From an uncultured Planctomycetota bacterium (GTDB taxonomy: Bacteria; Planctomycetota; Planctomycetia; Gemmatales; Gemmataceae): a stretch of DNA of 64,000 nt. The stretch spans positions 896,001-960,000 of the forward strand of contig CAWKHF010000002.1 of assembly GCA_963849325.1 (NCBI GenBank), read 5' to 3'. The notes under the pieces were generated by a model that saw nothing but the letters and a program-made list of their open reading frames with translations, was not told the origin of the DNA and searched no databases. Positions 19,778 through 30,469 of this stretch are shown piece after piece; positions within the stretch are counted from its first letter, which is position 1, and each line of letters opens with the position of its first letter. The position numbers and the translations under genes were made by a program.

Positions 19778-21191
19778 ATGCACTGCGGACGTTTCCTCGC
19801 TCCTCCCTTGACCCGACGCGACATGCTGCTGCGCTGCGCCAACGGCTTTGGTGCCGTCGCCCTGGCCGCACTGCTGGCCGAGGAGGGACGATCCGCTGCC
19901 CCGTCGCCGATGCCGCATTTCCCCGCCCGCGCCCGCAACGTGATCTTTCTCTACATGGACGGCGGCCCTTCGCAGGTGGACACCTTCGATTACAAGCCGC
20001 TGCTGGAGAAGTATCACGGACGCGATCCTCACTCCGTCTTCAAGGTCGAGCCGACGCAGTTCAACAACGTCGGCCGGGTGATGGCCTCGCCGTGGAAGTT
20101 CCGCCGCCGCGGCCAGAGCGGCCTGTGGGTGAGCGACCTGTTTCCGCACGTCGGCGAGTGCATTGACGAGCTGTGCCTGGTCCGTTCGATGGTGTCGAAG
20201 TTCCCCGAGCACACCAGTGCCAACTATTTCCTACACACCGGCTCCGGCTTGCAGGGCCGCCCGAGCATGGGCGCCTGGATCAGCTACGGCCTGGGCAGCC
20301 TCAACCGCAATCTGCCGGGCTTCATCGTTCTCAACGGCGGACTCATCCCGCCGGGCGGACTGGACAACTTCAACAGCGGCTTCCTGCCGGCCGCCTACCA
20401 GGGATCGATCTTCCGTCCCGCCGACCCGCCCGTGGCCAACATCCGCCGCCTGGAAGCGACCGACGCTCAGCAGCGCGGCAAACTCGATCTGCTGCGCCGC
20501 CTCGACGCCGGCGTCGCCGACCGCAGCGGACACGACGACGCCATCGAGTCCGCCATCGCCAATTACGAGACGGCCTACCGTATGCAGACGGCCGTGCCGG
20601 AACTGATGGACATCCAGGGCGAAACCGTGGCGACGAAGAAGCTCTACGGTCTCGACGCGAAGTATGGGCCGACGCGCACCTTCGGGACGCAGTGCCTCAT
20701 TGCCCGGCGTTTGATCGAGCGCAGCAGCGCGCTTCATCGAATTGACCTGTCCGCAAGTAAGCGGCGACCGCTGGGACCAGCACGCCAGTTTGAAGCAGGG
20801 CCACGAGAACAACGCCCGCGCCGTCGATCAGCCCATTGCGGCACTGTTGAAAGACCTCAAATCGCGCGGACTACTGGACGAGACGCTGTTGCTCTGGGCC
20901 GGCGAGTTCGGACGGACGCCGTTCGCCCAGGGCGGCGATGGCCGCGATCACAACCCGTTCGGCTTCACGATTTGGCTGGCCGGTGGCGGCGTCAAGAATG
21001 GTTTCGTCTACGGCGAGACCGACGAGTGGGGCTACAAAACGGTCGTCAACCGGGTCGAGATCCACGACCTGCACGCCACGCTGTTGCACCTTCTCGGCGT
21101 GGACCACAAGCGCCTCACCGTACGCTTCGGCGGCCGTGACATGCGGTTGACCGACGTGCATGGCGAGATCGTCAAGGACATCCTCGCCTGA
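19778..21191 (+). CDS. DUF1501 domain protein (frameshift near 20725)
   Basis: [46 protein letters not shown]. Confidence 0.9.
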
Positions 21192-21200
21192 TTGGCTCCT

Positions 21201-22284
21201 TTAGCGGCGGGTGAAAAGGGCCGCCGTCAGCAGATAGCGAAAGCGATAGCGCTGTGGCTCCCCCTTCACCCGGGCATGAACGCGCTCGAACAACGCCTCG
21301 ATGACCTGCGGATCGCCCTTCGTCCCGACCAGGGCGGCTCGGGCCACCGGCTCGGAGAAGGCACGCAGGAAACCCGTATAGGCATCGGCCAGGGCCGCCG
21401 CATCTGCGGTGCGGTCGAACTCGACCAGAAAGGGGGTCGGCACTTCCAGCGTCTCGGCCCGGTCGATGGCAAACGTCTCCCGCAGCGGCGAACCTTCGCG
21501 CTCCAGCGGCGCCAGCGTCTCCGGCACCGAGCGGAAATACAGGGGCATTGTGAAGCGCTCGTAGTCTTCGCGCTGCAATTGTCCGGCCGCGATCAGGTCG
21601 AGGCAGGCGTCGTTGAGCACGTCATAGAGTCCGTCGCAGAGGCGGTGTTCGGCGCCGTCGCCGGGACTGACCACCAGGAGTTTGCCTCCAGGCACCAGCT
21701 CGCGGGCACGGCACTCCAGGAAACGACGCAGGTCTCGTTCGGCCTGGCCGGAGAAGGCGGCGACCGATTCCGGCGACACGTGAAGTCCCGGCCGGGGTGG
21801 GTGCGGTCGGCGATAGCACACAAAGTCCGGCACCGGCGCCGGGGGCAATGCATCCAGCCACAGCAGGGCGTTGAAGGCCGTGGCGAAGTGGACGGAGCGC
21901 CGACGGCAACAACGGTTCGTAGAACGACCCCGCCACCGCGCTGGGATACACTTCCGTCGCCAGTCCGCCGGACATCCGGGCTTGGTTCAGATTGGTGAAC
22001 AGTTGATTGAAGTTGTTGCTGGGCAGGTCGCTGTAGACCGTCTGAATTACCTGTTCCGCCCGCCGTCGCCGAACGGCCTCGACGACCGTGTTCATGGCGA
22101 GCACGGCGTTTCGCCCTTCTGAGGAGCCCAGGTCCAGCACGACCAGCGGCTGGGATGCCGGGGGCAATGCCAGGGAGGCGACGGCGTCCTCGATCCAGTC
22201 GAAGACCAGCCGAATAGACGCCTGCTGCGCCGCTGAGTGCTGATCGTAGTAGCCCGCGCCTTTCATCCCTGTTGTGGCCGGCAT
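21201..22284 (-). CDS. SAM-dependent carboxyl methyltransferase, SABATH (Methyltransf_7)-like, frameshift near 21905
   Basis: MKGAGYYDQHS..Q, DLGSSEGRN, YSDLPSNNFNQLF, AGSFYEPLLP, FNALLWL, DLRRFLECRARELVPGG. Confidence 0.8.
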
Positions 22285-22699
22285 GGGAAACATCCTCGTG
22301 GGTAGTGTCCTAACAGGGTGTTGATCGTCGCTAAGACCGCTCAACAGTCATCCATTCACAATGCCGATCTGGTCATCTCTATCGCTCTGCTGACCGCGTT
22401 TATGTAATCGTTTGATACGCCGAACGAGGATTGAAGATTCCAAACTCTTCGTCAAAAGAGCAGAATCGGGACAACTCCGAAAAGGTATAGTGTATCGGTC
22501 AACTCTGCGGTCGAAAACTTCATCTATCGTCGTCCAGCGTACGGACTTTAAAATCCACTTTGTCAAAGTTCCCCTCGTTGCCCAGCCTGGCCGACCGTTA
22601 CCAGGAGGAAAACCTTGAGACCAGCCATCTACCGGGCGGTAGTTACTCCGCAGGCAGAAGTCCCAGGCCGTGATTGATGGCCTTCACCCATTCCGAGCA

Positions 22700-23207
22700 G
22701 GACAGCGGCATCGGAATCGCCCCCGAGCACCTGCCCCGGCTGTTCGAGATGTTTTCGCAGGTGAAGACAGCTTTGGAGCGGTCTCAGAGTGGTCTGGGCA
22801 TCGGCCTGTCGCTGGTTGAGGGGTTGGTGGAAATGCACGGCGGCGCAGTGGAGACCCGCAGCGAAGGGTTGGGCAAGGGCAGCCAGTTCATCGTCCGGCT
22901 GCCGGTGGCGGGCGAGACGCTAGCCTGGGAGTCGCCGCGACCCGGCAGCGACGAACAGGCCGCTTCCCGATCCAGGAAACGTGTCCTCGTCGTGGACGAC
23001 AACCGGGACGCCGCCGACAGCCTGGCCCTGCTGCTGCGGCTCGGTGGTCAGGACGTTCACGCCGTTCACGACAGTCAGGAGGCGGTGGACGCGGCGGGCT
23101 GGTTCCGGCCCAACCTGGCGTTACGGGACCTCGGGATGCCGAAGCTCAACGGTTTCGAGGCGGCTCGACGCACCCGCGAGCAGCCCTTCCTTGCCGGCGG
23201 AATATAA
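22700..23207 (+). pseudogene. Truncated hybrid histidine kinase remnant (HATPase C-half + degenerate receiver)
   Basis: Starts abruptly at DSGIGIAPEHLPRLFEMF; paralogous to the end of the 7977-10838 kinase; no H-box; receiver truncated. Confidence 0.75.
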
Positions 23208-23244
23208 TAGCGGCAGGATTCGCCCCGCAAGAGGATGCACAGTC

Positions 23245-24829
23245 ATGGCAGGCAGCTACGACGCCCTCATCATCGGCGCCGGTCACAATGGTCTGGTGAC
23301 GGCGTGTTACCTCGCTCGGGCCGGTTGGAAAGTGCTGGTGCTGGAGCGCCGCTACGTCGTCGGCGGCGCCTGCGTCACCGAAGAGATCTTCCCCGGCTTC
23401 AAGGTCTCGACCGCCGCCTACGTCAACAGCCTGTTTCGCAAGGAGATCATCCGTGACCTGCGCCTGGCCGAGTACGGCTTTTCCGTGCTCGAACGCAATC
23501 CGTCGTCTTTCTCACCCTTTTCCGATGGCCGTTATCTTCTTCTTGGCCCGGACGGCGGCCACAACCGCCGCGAGATCGCCAAGTTCAGCGCGCGCGACGC
23601 CGAGAACTTCCCCAAGTACGAGGCGATGCTGGAGCGCGTGGCCAACGTCATCGAGCCGACGCTGTTGATGCGGCCGCCGAACCTGCTGCGGCCGGGCTGG
23701 CGCGACCTGTGGCACCTGTTCCAGCTCGGCCGGGCCTTCCGCAAGATGGGCGCCGGCATGAGCGAGGCCGTCGAAGTGCTGACCGGCCCGGCCCGCACCA
23801 TTCTCGATCGCTGGTTCGAGTCGGAGCAATTGAAGGCCACGCTGGCCACCGATGCCATCATCGGAGCGATGGCCGCCCCGAGCATGCCGGGTACGGCCTA
23901 CGTACTGTTCCATCACGTCATGGGCGAAACCAACGGCAAGCGCGGCGTATGGGCCTACGTCGCGCGGCGGCATGGGCGGGCTGACGCAGGCGCTGGCCCG
24001 TGCCGGCAAGGCGCTGGGCGTCGAGGTCCGTACCGAGGTCGAGGTCGCTCGCATCCTCGTCCGGGACGGCGCGGCCGAGGGCGTCGCCCTGGCCGACGGC
24101 ACGGAGTTTCGCGCTCGCGTCGTCGCCAGCAACGCCGACGCCCACGTCACCTTCAACCGTCTCCTCGACAACCGCCTGCTGCCACCGGCCTTCGCCGAGT
24201 CGATTAACCGCATCAGCTACGACAGCGCCTCGCTGAAGATCAACGTCGCCCTGTCGGAGTTGCCGGACTTCACCGCCTGTCCCGGCTCGCAGCCCGGTCC
24301 GCAGCACCGCGGCACCATCCACATCTGTCCCGATCAGGATTACATCGAACGCGCCTACGACGACGCCAAGTATGGCCGGCCCTCCGAGAAGCCCGTCCTC
24401 GAATGCACCCTGCCGTCGGCCGTCGATAACACCGTCGCCCCGGAGGGACGGCACCTGATGTCTCTGTTCGTGCAGTACGCCCCCTACAAGCTGCGTCCGG
24501 GCAACTGGGACGAAATCAAGGAGGGCTTCGCCGATCGCTGTTTCGACATCCTCAACGAGTACGCTCCGAACTTCAAGCGTTCGGTGATCGCGCGGCAGGT
24601 ACTGTCGCCGCTGGACCTGGAGCGGACGTTCGCCCTGACGGGCGGCAACATCTTCCAGGGGGCGATGACGCTGAATCAGCTGTTTTTCCTGCGTCCGGTG
24701 CCGGGCTTCGCCGGCTATCGCACGCCCATTCGCGGCCTGTTCCTGTGCGGCGCGGCGGCGCATCCGGGCGGCGGCGTCATCGGCGCGGCCGGCTGGAACG
24801 CGGCGCGGACCATCCTGGGCAAAGCATGA
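23245..24829 (+). CDS. Phytoene desaturase-like FAD-dependent oxidoreductase (frameshift near 23965)
   Basis: IIGAGHNGLV, VGGACVTEE, GGMGGLT, GGNIFQG, LFLCGAAAHPGGGV. Confidence 0.9.
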
Positions 24830-24861
24830 GCCATACCGGCATCCGTTGTTGGAGAGTTGGA

Positions 24862-25191
24862 ATGAGTTCTTCCAAAGTTGAAACGCCCGAAGCCCTGGCC
24901 GCCCGCGTCGAGGTCAGCGACGATACCCTGTCCGTGGAGTTGATTGATGGCCGGACCATCGCTGTCCCCGTGGCCTGGTATCCGCGCCTGGCGCACGCCA
25001 CCGCCGAGGAGCGGAATTCGTGGCGGTTGATCGGGGGCGGCCGAGGTATTCATTGGCCGGCGATCGATGAGGACATCAGCGTCGCCAATCTCCTGGATGG
25101 TCAGCCGTCGGCCGAGAGTCAAAGTTCCTTCAAGAAGTGGCTCGCCGGCCGCACGAAACGGGCCGGCAGACGGAAACGGTCGAGGAGCTGA
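24862..25191 (+). CDS. DUF2442 domain protein
   Basis: LSVELIDGRTIAVPVAWYPRL..AT..ER..W.LIGGGRGIHWPAIDEDISV. Confidence 0.9.
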   Translation: MSSSKVETPEALAARVEVSDDTLSVELIDGRTIAVPVAWYPRLAHATAEERNSWRLIGGGRGIHWPAIDEDISVANLLDGQPSAESQSSFKKWLAGRTKRAGRRKRSRS

Positions 25192-25209
25192 TAGGATACA
25201 ATCTCCCTC

Positions 25210-26500
25210 ATGAACATTCTTCGCATCAGCAACGGCCGCGTCATCGACCCCGCGCAGGGCATCGACCAGGTAACGGACCTGTGGATTCGCGGCGAGCACG
25301 TCCTCGGCGTCGGGCCGCACCCCTCGACGCAGGCCGACCACGTCCTCGACGCCACGGGCAAGATCGTCTGTCCTGGACTGATCGACATGCACGTCCACCT
25401 GCGCGAGCCGGGACGCGAGGAGGACGAGACCATCAGCACCGGCACGGCGGCGGCGCTGGCCGGCGGCGTCACGTCGGTGGCCTGCATGCCCAACACCGAG
25501 CCGGCCCTGGACAGCCAGGCGGCGGCCGAGTTCGTCCACTTGCAGGCCAAACGCGCCGGCAACGCCAACGTCTTCCCCATCGGCGCCATCACCAAGGGAC
25601 GGCACGGCAAGGAACTGGCGGAGATCGGCGGTCTCGTCGAGGGCGGGGCCGTCGCCTTCACCGATGACGGTTCGCCGGTGCAAAGCGCCGAGATCATGCG
25701 CCGCGCCATGGAATACTGCAAGATGTTCGACAAGGCCGTCCTCAGTCATTCCGAGGACCTCGACCTGACGCGCGGCGGCGTCATGAACGAGGGCTTCGAG
25801 AGCATGCGTCTGGGTCTGCGCGGCATGCCGGCCGCCGCCGAGGAGGTCATGGTCTACCGCGAGATCGCCCTGGCCGAGCTGACCGGGGCGCGCGTCCACA
25901 TCCTGCACGTCTCCACGGCCGGCAGCGTCGAGCTGATCCGCCGCGGCAAGCAGCGCGGCGTCCGCGTCAGCGGCGAAGCCTGCCCGCACCATTTCACCCT
26001 GACCGACAAGTGCCTGCGCACCTTCGACAGCAATTACAAAATGGCGCCGCCGCTGCGTACCGAAGAGGACGTGCAAGCCATCCTGGCGGGCCTGTGCGAC
26101 GGCACGCTCGAAGTGATCGCCACCGATCACGCCCCGCACGCCCCGGAGAAGAAGATGCGCGAGCTGGACCAGGCGCCCAACGGCATCATCGGCCTGGAGA
26201 CGCTGTTGCCCGTCTGCGTCAAGGCGCTGATCGAGCCGGGGCACCTGACCTGGCCGCAGCTCATCGAGAAGCTGACCGTCAATCCGGCACGCGTGCTCGG
26301 CATCGACCGCGGCACTCTCAAGCCGGGGGCGGTCGCCGACGTGACGATCCTCGATCCGGCCGTCGAGTGGACCATCGACCCGGCGCAGCTTCCGATCCAA
26401 GAGCCGCAACTGTCCGTTCGCCGGCTGGCAGGTGCGCGGCTGGGCGGATACCGTGCTGGTCGGCGGAGCCATCAAGTTCCAGCGCGATGGCGCGGCGTGA
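25210..26500 (+). CDS. pyrC: Dihydroorotase (type I), frameshift near 26390
   Basis: DMHVHLREPG, CMPNTEP, AFTDDG, KMAPPLR, IATDHAPH; C-terminal SKSRNCPF in the other frame. Confidence 0.92.
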
Positions 26501-26546
26501 GCAGGTGAAGTGCGGCAAGCGTTGGCGTCGCTCGGACCTGCCGGCA

Positions 26547-29153
26547 TCACTTCTTCAATTGACTGGTAATACTCGGGTCGGTGATGCGCGCGTCCTCCGC
26601 CAGCAGGAAGGCTTTGCTGAGGATGACCGACAGCGTGCTGTCTCCCTCGAACGGCAACAAGACACGCTCCTGCCCGGCCGTCGTCTGCCGGGGCACGATG
26701 CACAGGTATTGATCGTTCGGTGCCATCAGGATGTTGCCGCTGCCCAGGTGGATCTTGTAGCTCCGCAGCGTGCCGCGAACGATCAGGAAACGCTCCGACA
26801 GCGTGCAGCGGTCGGCGATCTTGAGGCGCGGAACCAGCCGTTCCAGCAAGGCGCGTCGCGTCTGCGCCGTGGCGGAGAGTTCGCCGAACGAATAGCTCTG
26901 CCAGTAATCGCGATAACGCCCTTCCGGCCCGCCGTCCGACCAGTTGGGGTCGTTGCCGACGCTGGCCACGCCGACGAACAGATCGACATCGCGCAGGATC
27001 TCGGAGAAGACCAGGGCCGGTATCTTCTCCATCGGCAACGGCTCATCGCTCTCCTGGTCCCAGCGGCCATAACCGCCGCCGCCGGCATGGGCATGCAATT
27101 GCGGAGCGTTCAACTCGTAGAAGCGCACCTGATCGGTCGTCAGATAGAGAAAGGCTCCGGCGTCGTTGGTATCGCGGCCATACTCGTCGCCCGCGCCTTC
27201 GATCCAGTATTCCGCCCGCAGCCCCCAGGCCGGCAGCAACCGATGGGCCGGAGGATAGCTGTCATCCACCATCAGCCGCAGCTTGTTCTTCCAACCGCGC
27301 GCGGCGCAAAGAGCATGGAACTGGTGCTGGCGAAGGACGTGGGCGGCGAAACGATTGGAATACGTGTTCGTGCGGCGCTCCGCGTCGGTGAGCAAATAGA
27401 CCTCTCGATGCGCTTGCTTGAACGGTTGAATCACTTCGCGTCGCTCCAGCCAATCGCGCCACGCCAGCACTTCCTCCATCGCCTGGCCGATGGGATGCCA
27501 TAGGGAGACGGTTGCTTCATCCGTGAGGTTCAACGGCTTGCCGTTGACGCCAACCAGGCTGCCGCCGTGCCAGATGCCGTTGATCGTTCGGCTTTTGGCG
27601 GTGAACGACCAGATGAGGCGGCGGGCGATGGTGCCGATCAGCGGATGGTCCAGGTAGCGTTCGCGCCAGACACTCAGGGGCCAGGACTTGCGGCTGAGAA
27701 ACAACGTATCGAGGCGTTCGCGCTGGGCGGGCAGCATGGCGTTGATGTCCTTGACCGCCGCTTGCAATTCCTTGAGTTCCGCCGCGTGTTCCTTCTTCAC
27801 GGCGGCGGGAGTGGACTTGATCGGTTTGTCCTGCTTGAGCCAGTGCAAGGCGGCGGAGCTGCCATCGACGGTCAGCTCGGCCTGGTACTCGCCGAACGAT
27901 TCGCGGAGTTGACCGACATCCTCCAGACCATACGACGGCACGGCCAATTCTTCGATGTCCTCGCGCGGCAGGTTTTCGCGCGCCGCCGCGGCATGGAACG
28001 CTTTGTCGATTTCCTTCTGGGCGGTGCCGAACTTGACCTTCACTTTCAAGAGGGCGAGCTGGCCGATGGGCGGCAGACCGGGCATCAGGCCCAGGGCCGT
28101 CACGCAGGCATTGCCCAGCGACACCAGGCGCGGTCCCTTGCCTGGAATTTTTCGGTAGGCGCTACGGCGCAGGCGAGTCAGGGCGCGGGCCAGGTCCGCG
28201 TCTTCGCGCAGGCCGGCACACCAGGCGAGGCCGCGAAGCAGCTCGACATGCACAGGAATGATGAGGTTGTCGTAATCCGGTTCCCAGTTATTCTGCCGCT
28301 CCCGGGGTAGCGTTCGGGGTTTATCCACCAGCGGGAACCAGCGTAGAACGTGTTCTTTGAAGGCGTCGAAGCCGACAGCGTCAAGCAGCCGTCGTGCTTC
28401 TTCGGCCCAGCGTTCCGTAAACTTACCGCACCCGCCGGTTTGACAATGAATCAGCAGTGCATTCCAGGACTTGCTTGCTCTGGCTCTCATTTTGCGCAGA
28501 TCGGCCAGGGCGGCATCGGACCAAGCTTCTCCTTCTTCGAGATGGATCATCGGGCTGCCCGCGAGCCGTGTTTGCAAGCGGTCAGCGACCTTGCGGCTAT
28601 CCTTATCGTTCGAGTCCTCGCGCAAAAGAGCGATGAACGTTTCCAGTGTGGCACGGAGGGAATCGCCGCTTTCATTTCCTTCCGCAAAGTTCTCGATAGC
28701 GGCCGCCATGCCGGATAGAGGATAGTAAAAGTTATATTTGTACTGGATGCCATCGGCGGCCCGGATCGGCCATTGAAACAGGCGGATCAAGGTCGCCTCG
28801 CTTAACGGCAAGGCACGGCGTAAGAGTCCTCGCAGCGTTTCTACAAACGGCCAGCGTGAGGTCCAGATGAGGGTCCATTCTCGCACATTCCGCTTCCGCT
28901 CCTGTGGATCGAACGCGGCGATCTTTGCTTCCAAGTCCTCCAAACGGTCGAGGATCGCGTTCACGAGAGCAGCTTGCGTCTCGCCGTCCTGGGCCAGAAT
29001 CGCCTTACCCTTCGGGAAATCGTTGAGTTTTTTATTGTAACAGCCGCCCGGAAAACACTTGGAATTGAACTCTTCCACGAACTTATCCAGCAGTTCGTTG
29101 GCCTTCCTCTCTGTCTCGGAAAGCGGGGGCGCATGGGGTTTTCTCTTCGCCAT
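26547..29153 (-). CDS. DUF4132 domain protein
   Basis: WRERYLDHPL..IARRLIW, LWHP, IQPFKQAHRE, SNRFAAH, FSEILRDVDLFVGV, YKIHLGSGNILM. Confidence 0.85.
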   Translation of the reverse strand: MAKRKPHAPPLSETERKANELLDKFVEEFNSKCFPGGCYNKKLNDFPKGKAILAQDGETQAALVNAILDRLEDLEAKIAAFDPQERKRNVREWTLIWTSRWPFVETLRGLLRRALPLSEATLIRLFQWPIRAADGIQYKYNFYYPLSGMAAAIENFAEGNESGDSLRATLETFIALLREDSNDKDSRKVADRLQTRLAGSPMIHLEEGEAWSDAALADLRKMRARASKSWNALLIHCQTGGCGKFTERWAEEARRLLDAVGFDAFKEHVLRWFPLVDKPRTLPRERQNNWEPDYDNLIIPVHVELLRGLAWCAGLREDADLARALTRLRRSAYRKIPGKGPRLVSLGNACVTALGLMPGLPPIGQLALLKVKVKFGTAQKEIDKAFHAAAARENLPREDIEELAVPSYGLEDVGQLRESFGEYQAELTVDGSSAALHWLKQDKPIKSTPAAVKKEHAAELKELQAAVKDINAMLPAQRERLDTLFLSRKSWPLSVWRERYLDHPLIGTIARRLIWSFTAKSRTINGIWHGGSLVGVNGKPLNLTDEATVSLWHPIGQAMEEVLAWRDWLERREVIQPFKQAHREVYLLTDAERRTNTYSNRFAAHVLRQHQFHALCAARGWKNKLRLMVDDSYPPAHRLLPAWGLRAEYWIEGAGDEYGRDTNDAGAFLYLTTDQVRFYELNAPQLHAHAGGGGYGRWDQESDEPLPMEKIPALVFSEILRDVDLFVGVASVGNDPNWSDGGPEGRYRDYWQSYSFGELSATAQTRRALLERLVPRLKIADRCTLSERFLIVRGTLRSYKIHLGSGNILMAPNDQYLCIVPRQTTAGQERVLLPFEGDSTLSVILSKAFLLAEDARITDPSITSQLKK

Positions 29154-29157
29154 TGGC

Positions 29158-29553
29158 TTACCCTCCCACCAACGGCATCAGACGCAGGAAGGTCACGCTC
29201 GTTCCCGCTTCGATGACGAACTCCTCGTCCAGCGATTCGGTCTGCCGGTCGTTGAGGAGGATCAGAATCTGGTTGTGCTCGAAGCCTTCGATGACGCGCT
29301 CGAATTGCCGCTTCCAATCCAGCATGCGCGGCTTCTGGAGCTTCCAGCCGTTGAGGGTTTTTTCGGCGTCTTCCGGCTGGACCAGGCCGTGATAGACCTG
29401 GCCTTGCTTGATGTTGTAATCTTGCACTTCCTGATAGACCCGGCTGCGAAGAAGCTCGCGGACGGTCATCCGCTCCGCGGTCACGTTCAGATCCCATTCG
29501 CGGTGCGTTCCCGCGCCGAGTGTTTCGTCTCGAATAATCACGGTTGCGCTCAT
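29158..29553 (-). CDS. Small protein ending in a diglycine (putative ubiquitin-like beta-grasp protein)
   Basis: ATG at 29553 with GGAG upstream; C-terminus ILLNDRQTESLDEEFVIEAGTSVTFLRLMPLVGG; 4 nt upstream of the DUF4132 gene. Confidence 0.75.
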   Translation of the reverse strand: MSATVIIRDETLGAGTHREWDLNVTAERMTVRELLRSRVYQEVQDYNIKQGQVYHGLVQPEDAEKTLNGWKLQKPRMLDWKRQFERVIEGFEHNQILILLNDRQTESLDEEFVIEAGTSVTFLRLMPLVGG

Positions 29554-29739
29554 GGGTTGTCTCCGGCCCGTGTCCCGATCGAAAAGCAACCACGACAAAG
29601 CCACTGTAATCCTGAAGATCCTCGGCCGCAAGGATGGTAGTTCCCGAAAGCGCGCCGATTCGTCTTGCACAAGCACGTTCGTCTCGCTATAGCAGCCGCA
29701 TTCCAGATTCAGGCGCGAAATACCGCCGGGGAGGGGACC

Positions 29740-30453
29740 ATGCGGCGCTGTCCGCCGATTGCTCGGATCGCACTGCGCGCGGGAGGTTGGCTCGGTCTGC
29801 TGATGGCGGCGGGATGCATGCCCCTCGGCTATGCCTATCCCACGGTCTCCTACGTCGCGCCCTTCCGTGTCCAGGCGCCGCGCGACGAGGTCCACGCCTT
29901 CCGCGTGGACGTGGTAGACGACGACAACAGCACCGAGACCCACGAGAGGGACCGTTACGTCTTGCAGCCGTTGCCGCTGCACCGCGACGGCAGCTGCGAT
30001 CCGCAGATGAAAGTCGCCGTCGATTACGGCTGGATCTTGAATTCGTTCGCCCTCTACTACGAGGGACGGACGCACCACACCATGCTGGTGCGCCTGTACC
30101 GGCCGGGCTACCAGACCATCGAGATCGAATCGTGGCAGAAGGACATGAAGGTGAAATGGGTCGAGGCGTCCGCACTCGACGAGCGCGAGCAAGCGATCGA
30201 CGACCTGATTTCGACGTGGAACACGACGCCGGCGCGAATTCAGAATCGGGTCGCTCGCACCGGCTTCGTGCCGCCGCGCGACCCGCTGGTGTTTCACTAC
30301 CTCGCCGGCGGCTCGGCCTCGGACGAGCACAGGCGGACCCTGCAATTCGCCGCCAAGGAGTACGAGCGCTTGCTGAACGAGACGCACGACGACGACATGC
30401 ACGCACGGCTGGAAACGAAGGTAAAAGCCCTGCGTCAGCTGGCGGCGAAATAG
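29740..30453 (+). CDS. Hypothetical lipoprotein
   Basis: GGAGGGG RBS, hydrophobic stretch followed by AAGC lipobox. Confidence 0.6.
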   Translation: MRRCPPIARIALRAGGWLGLLMAAGCMPLGYAYPTVSYVAPFRVQAPRDEVHAFRVDVVDDDNSTETHERDRYVLQPLPLHRDGSCDPQMKVAVDYGWILNSFALYYEGRTHHTMLVRLYRPGYQTIEIESWQKDMKVKWVEASALDEREQAIDDLISTWNTTPARIQNRVARTGFVPPRDPLVFHYLAGGSASDEHRRTLQFAAKEYERLLNETHDDDMHARLETKVKALRQLAAK

Positions 30454-30469
30454 CCGGCACGGAGGACGG

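Noticed and set aside
23245-24829. Calling this crtI / a carotenoid cluster
   Set aside because: No other carotenoid genes nearby; the motifs fit the broader phytoene-dehydrogenase-like family
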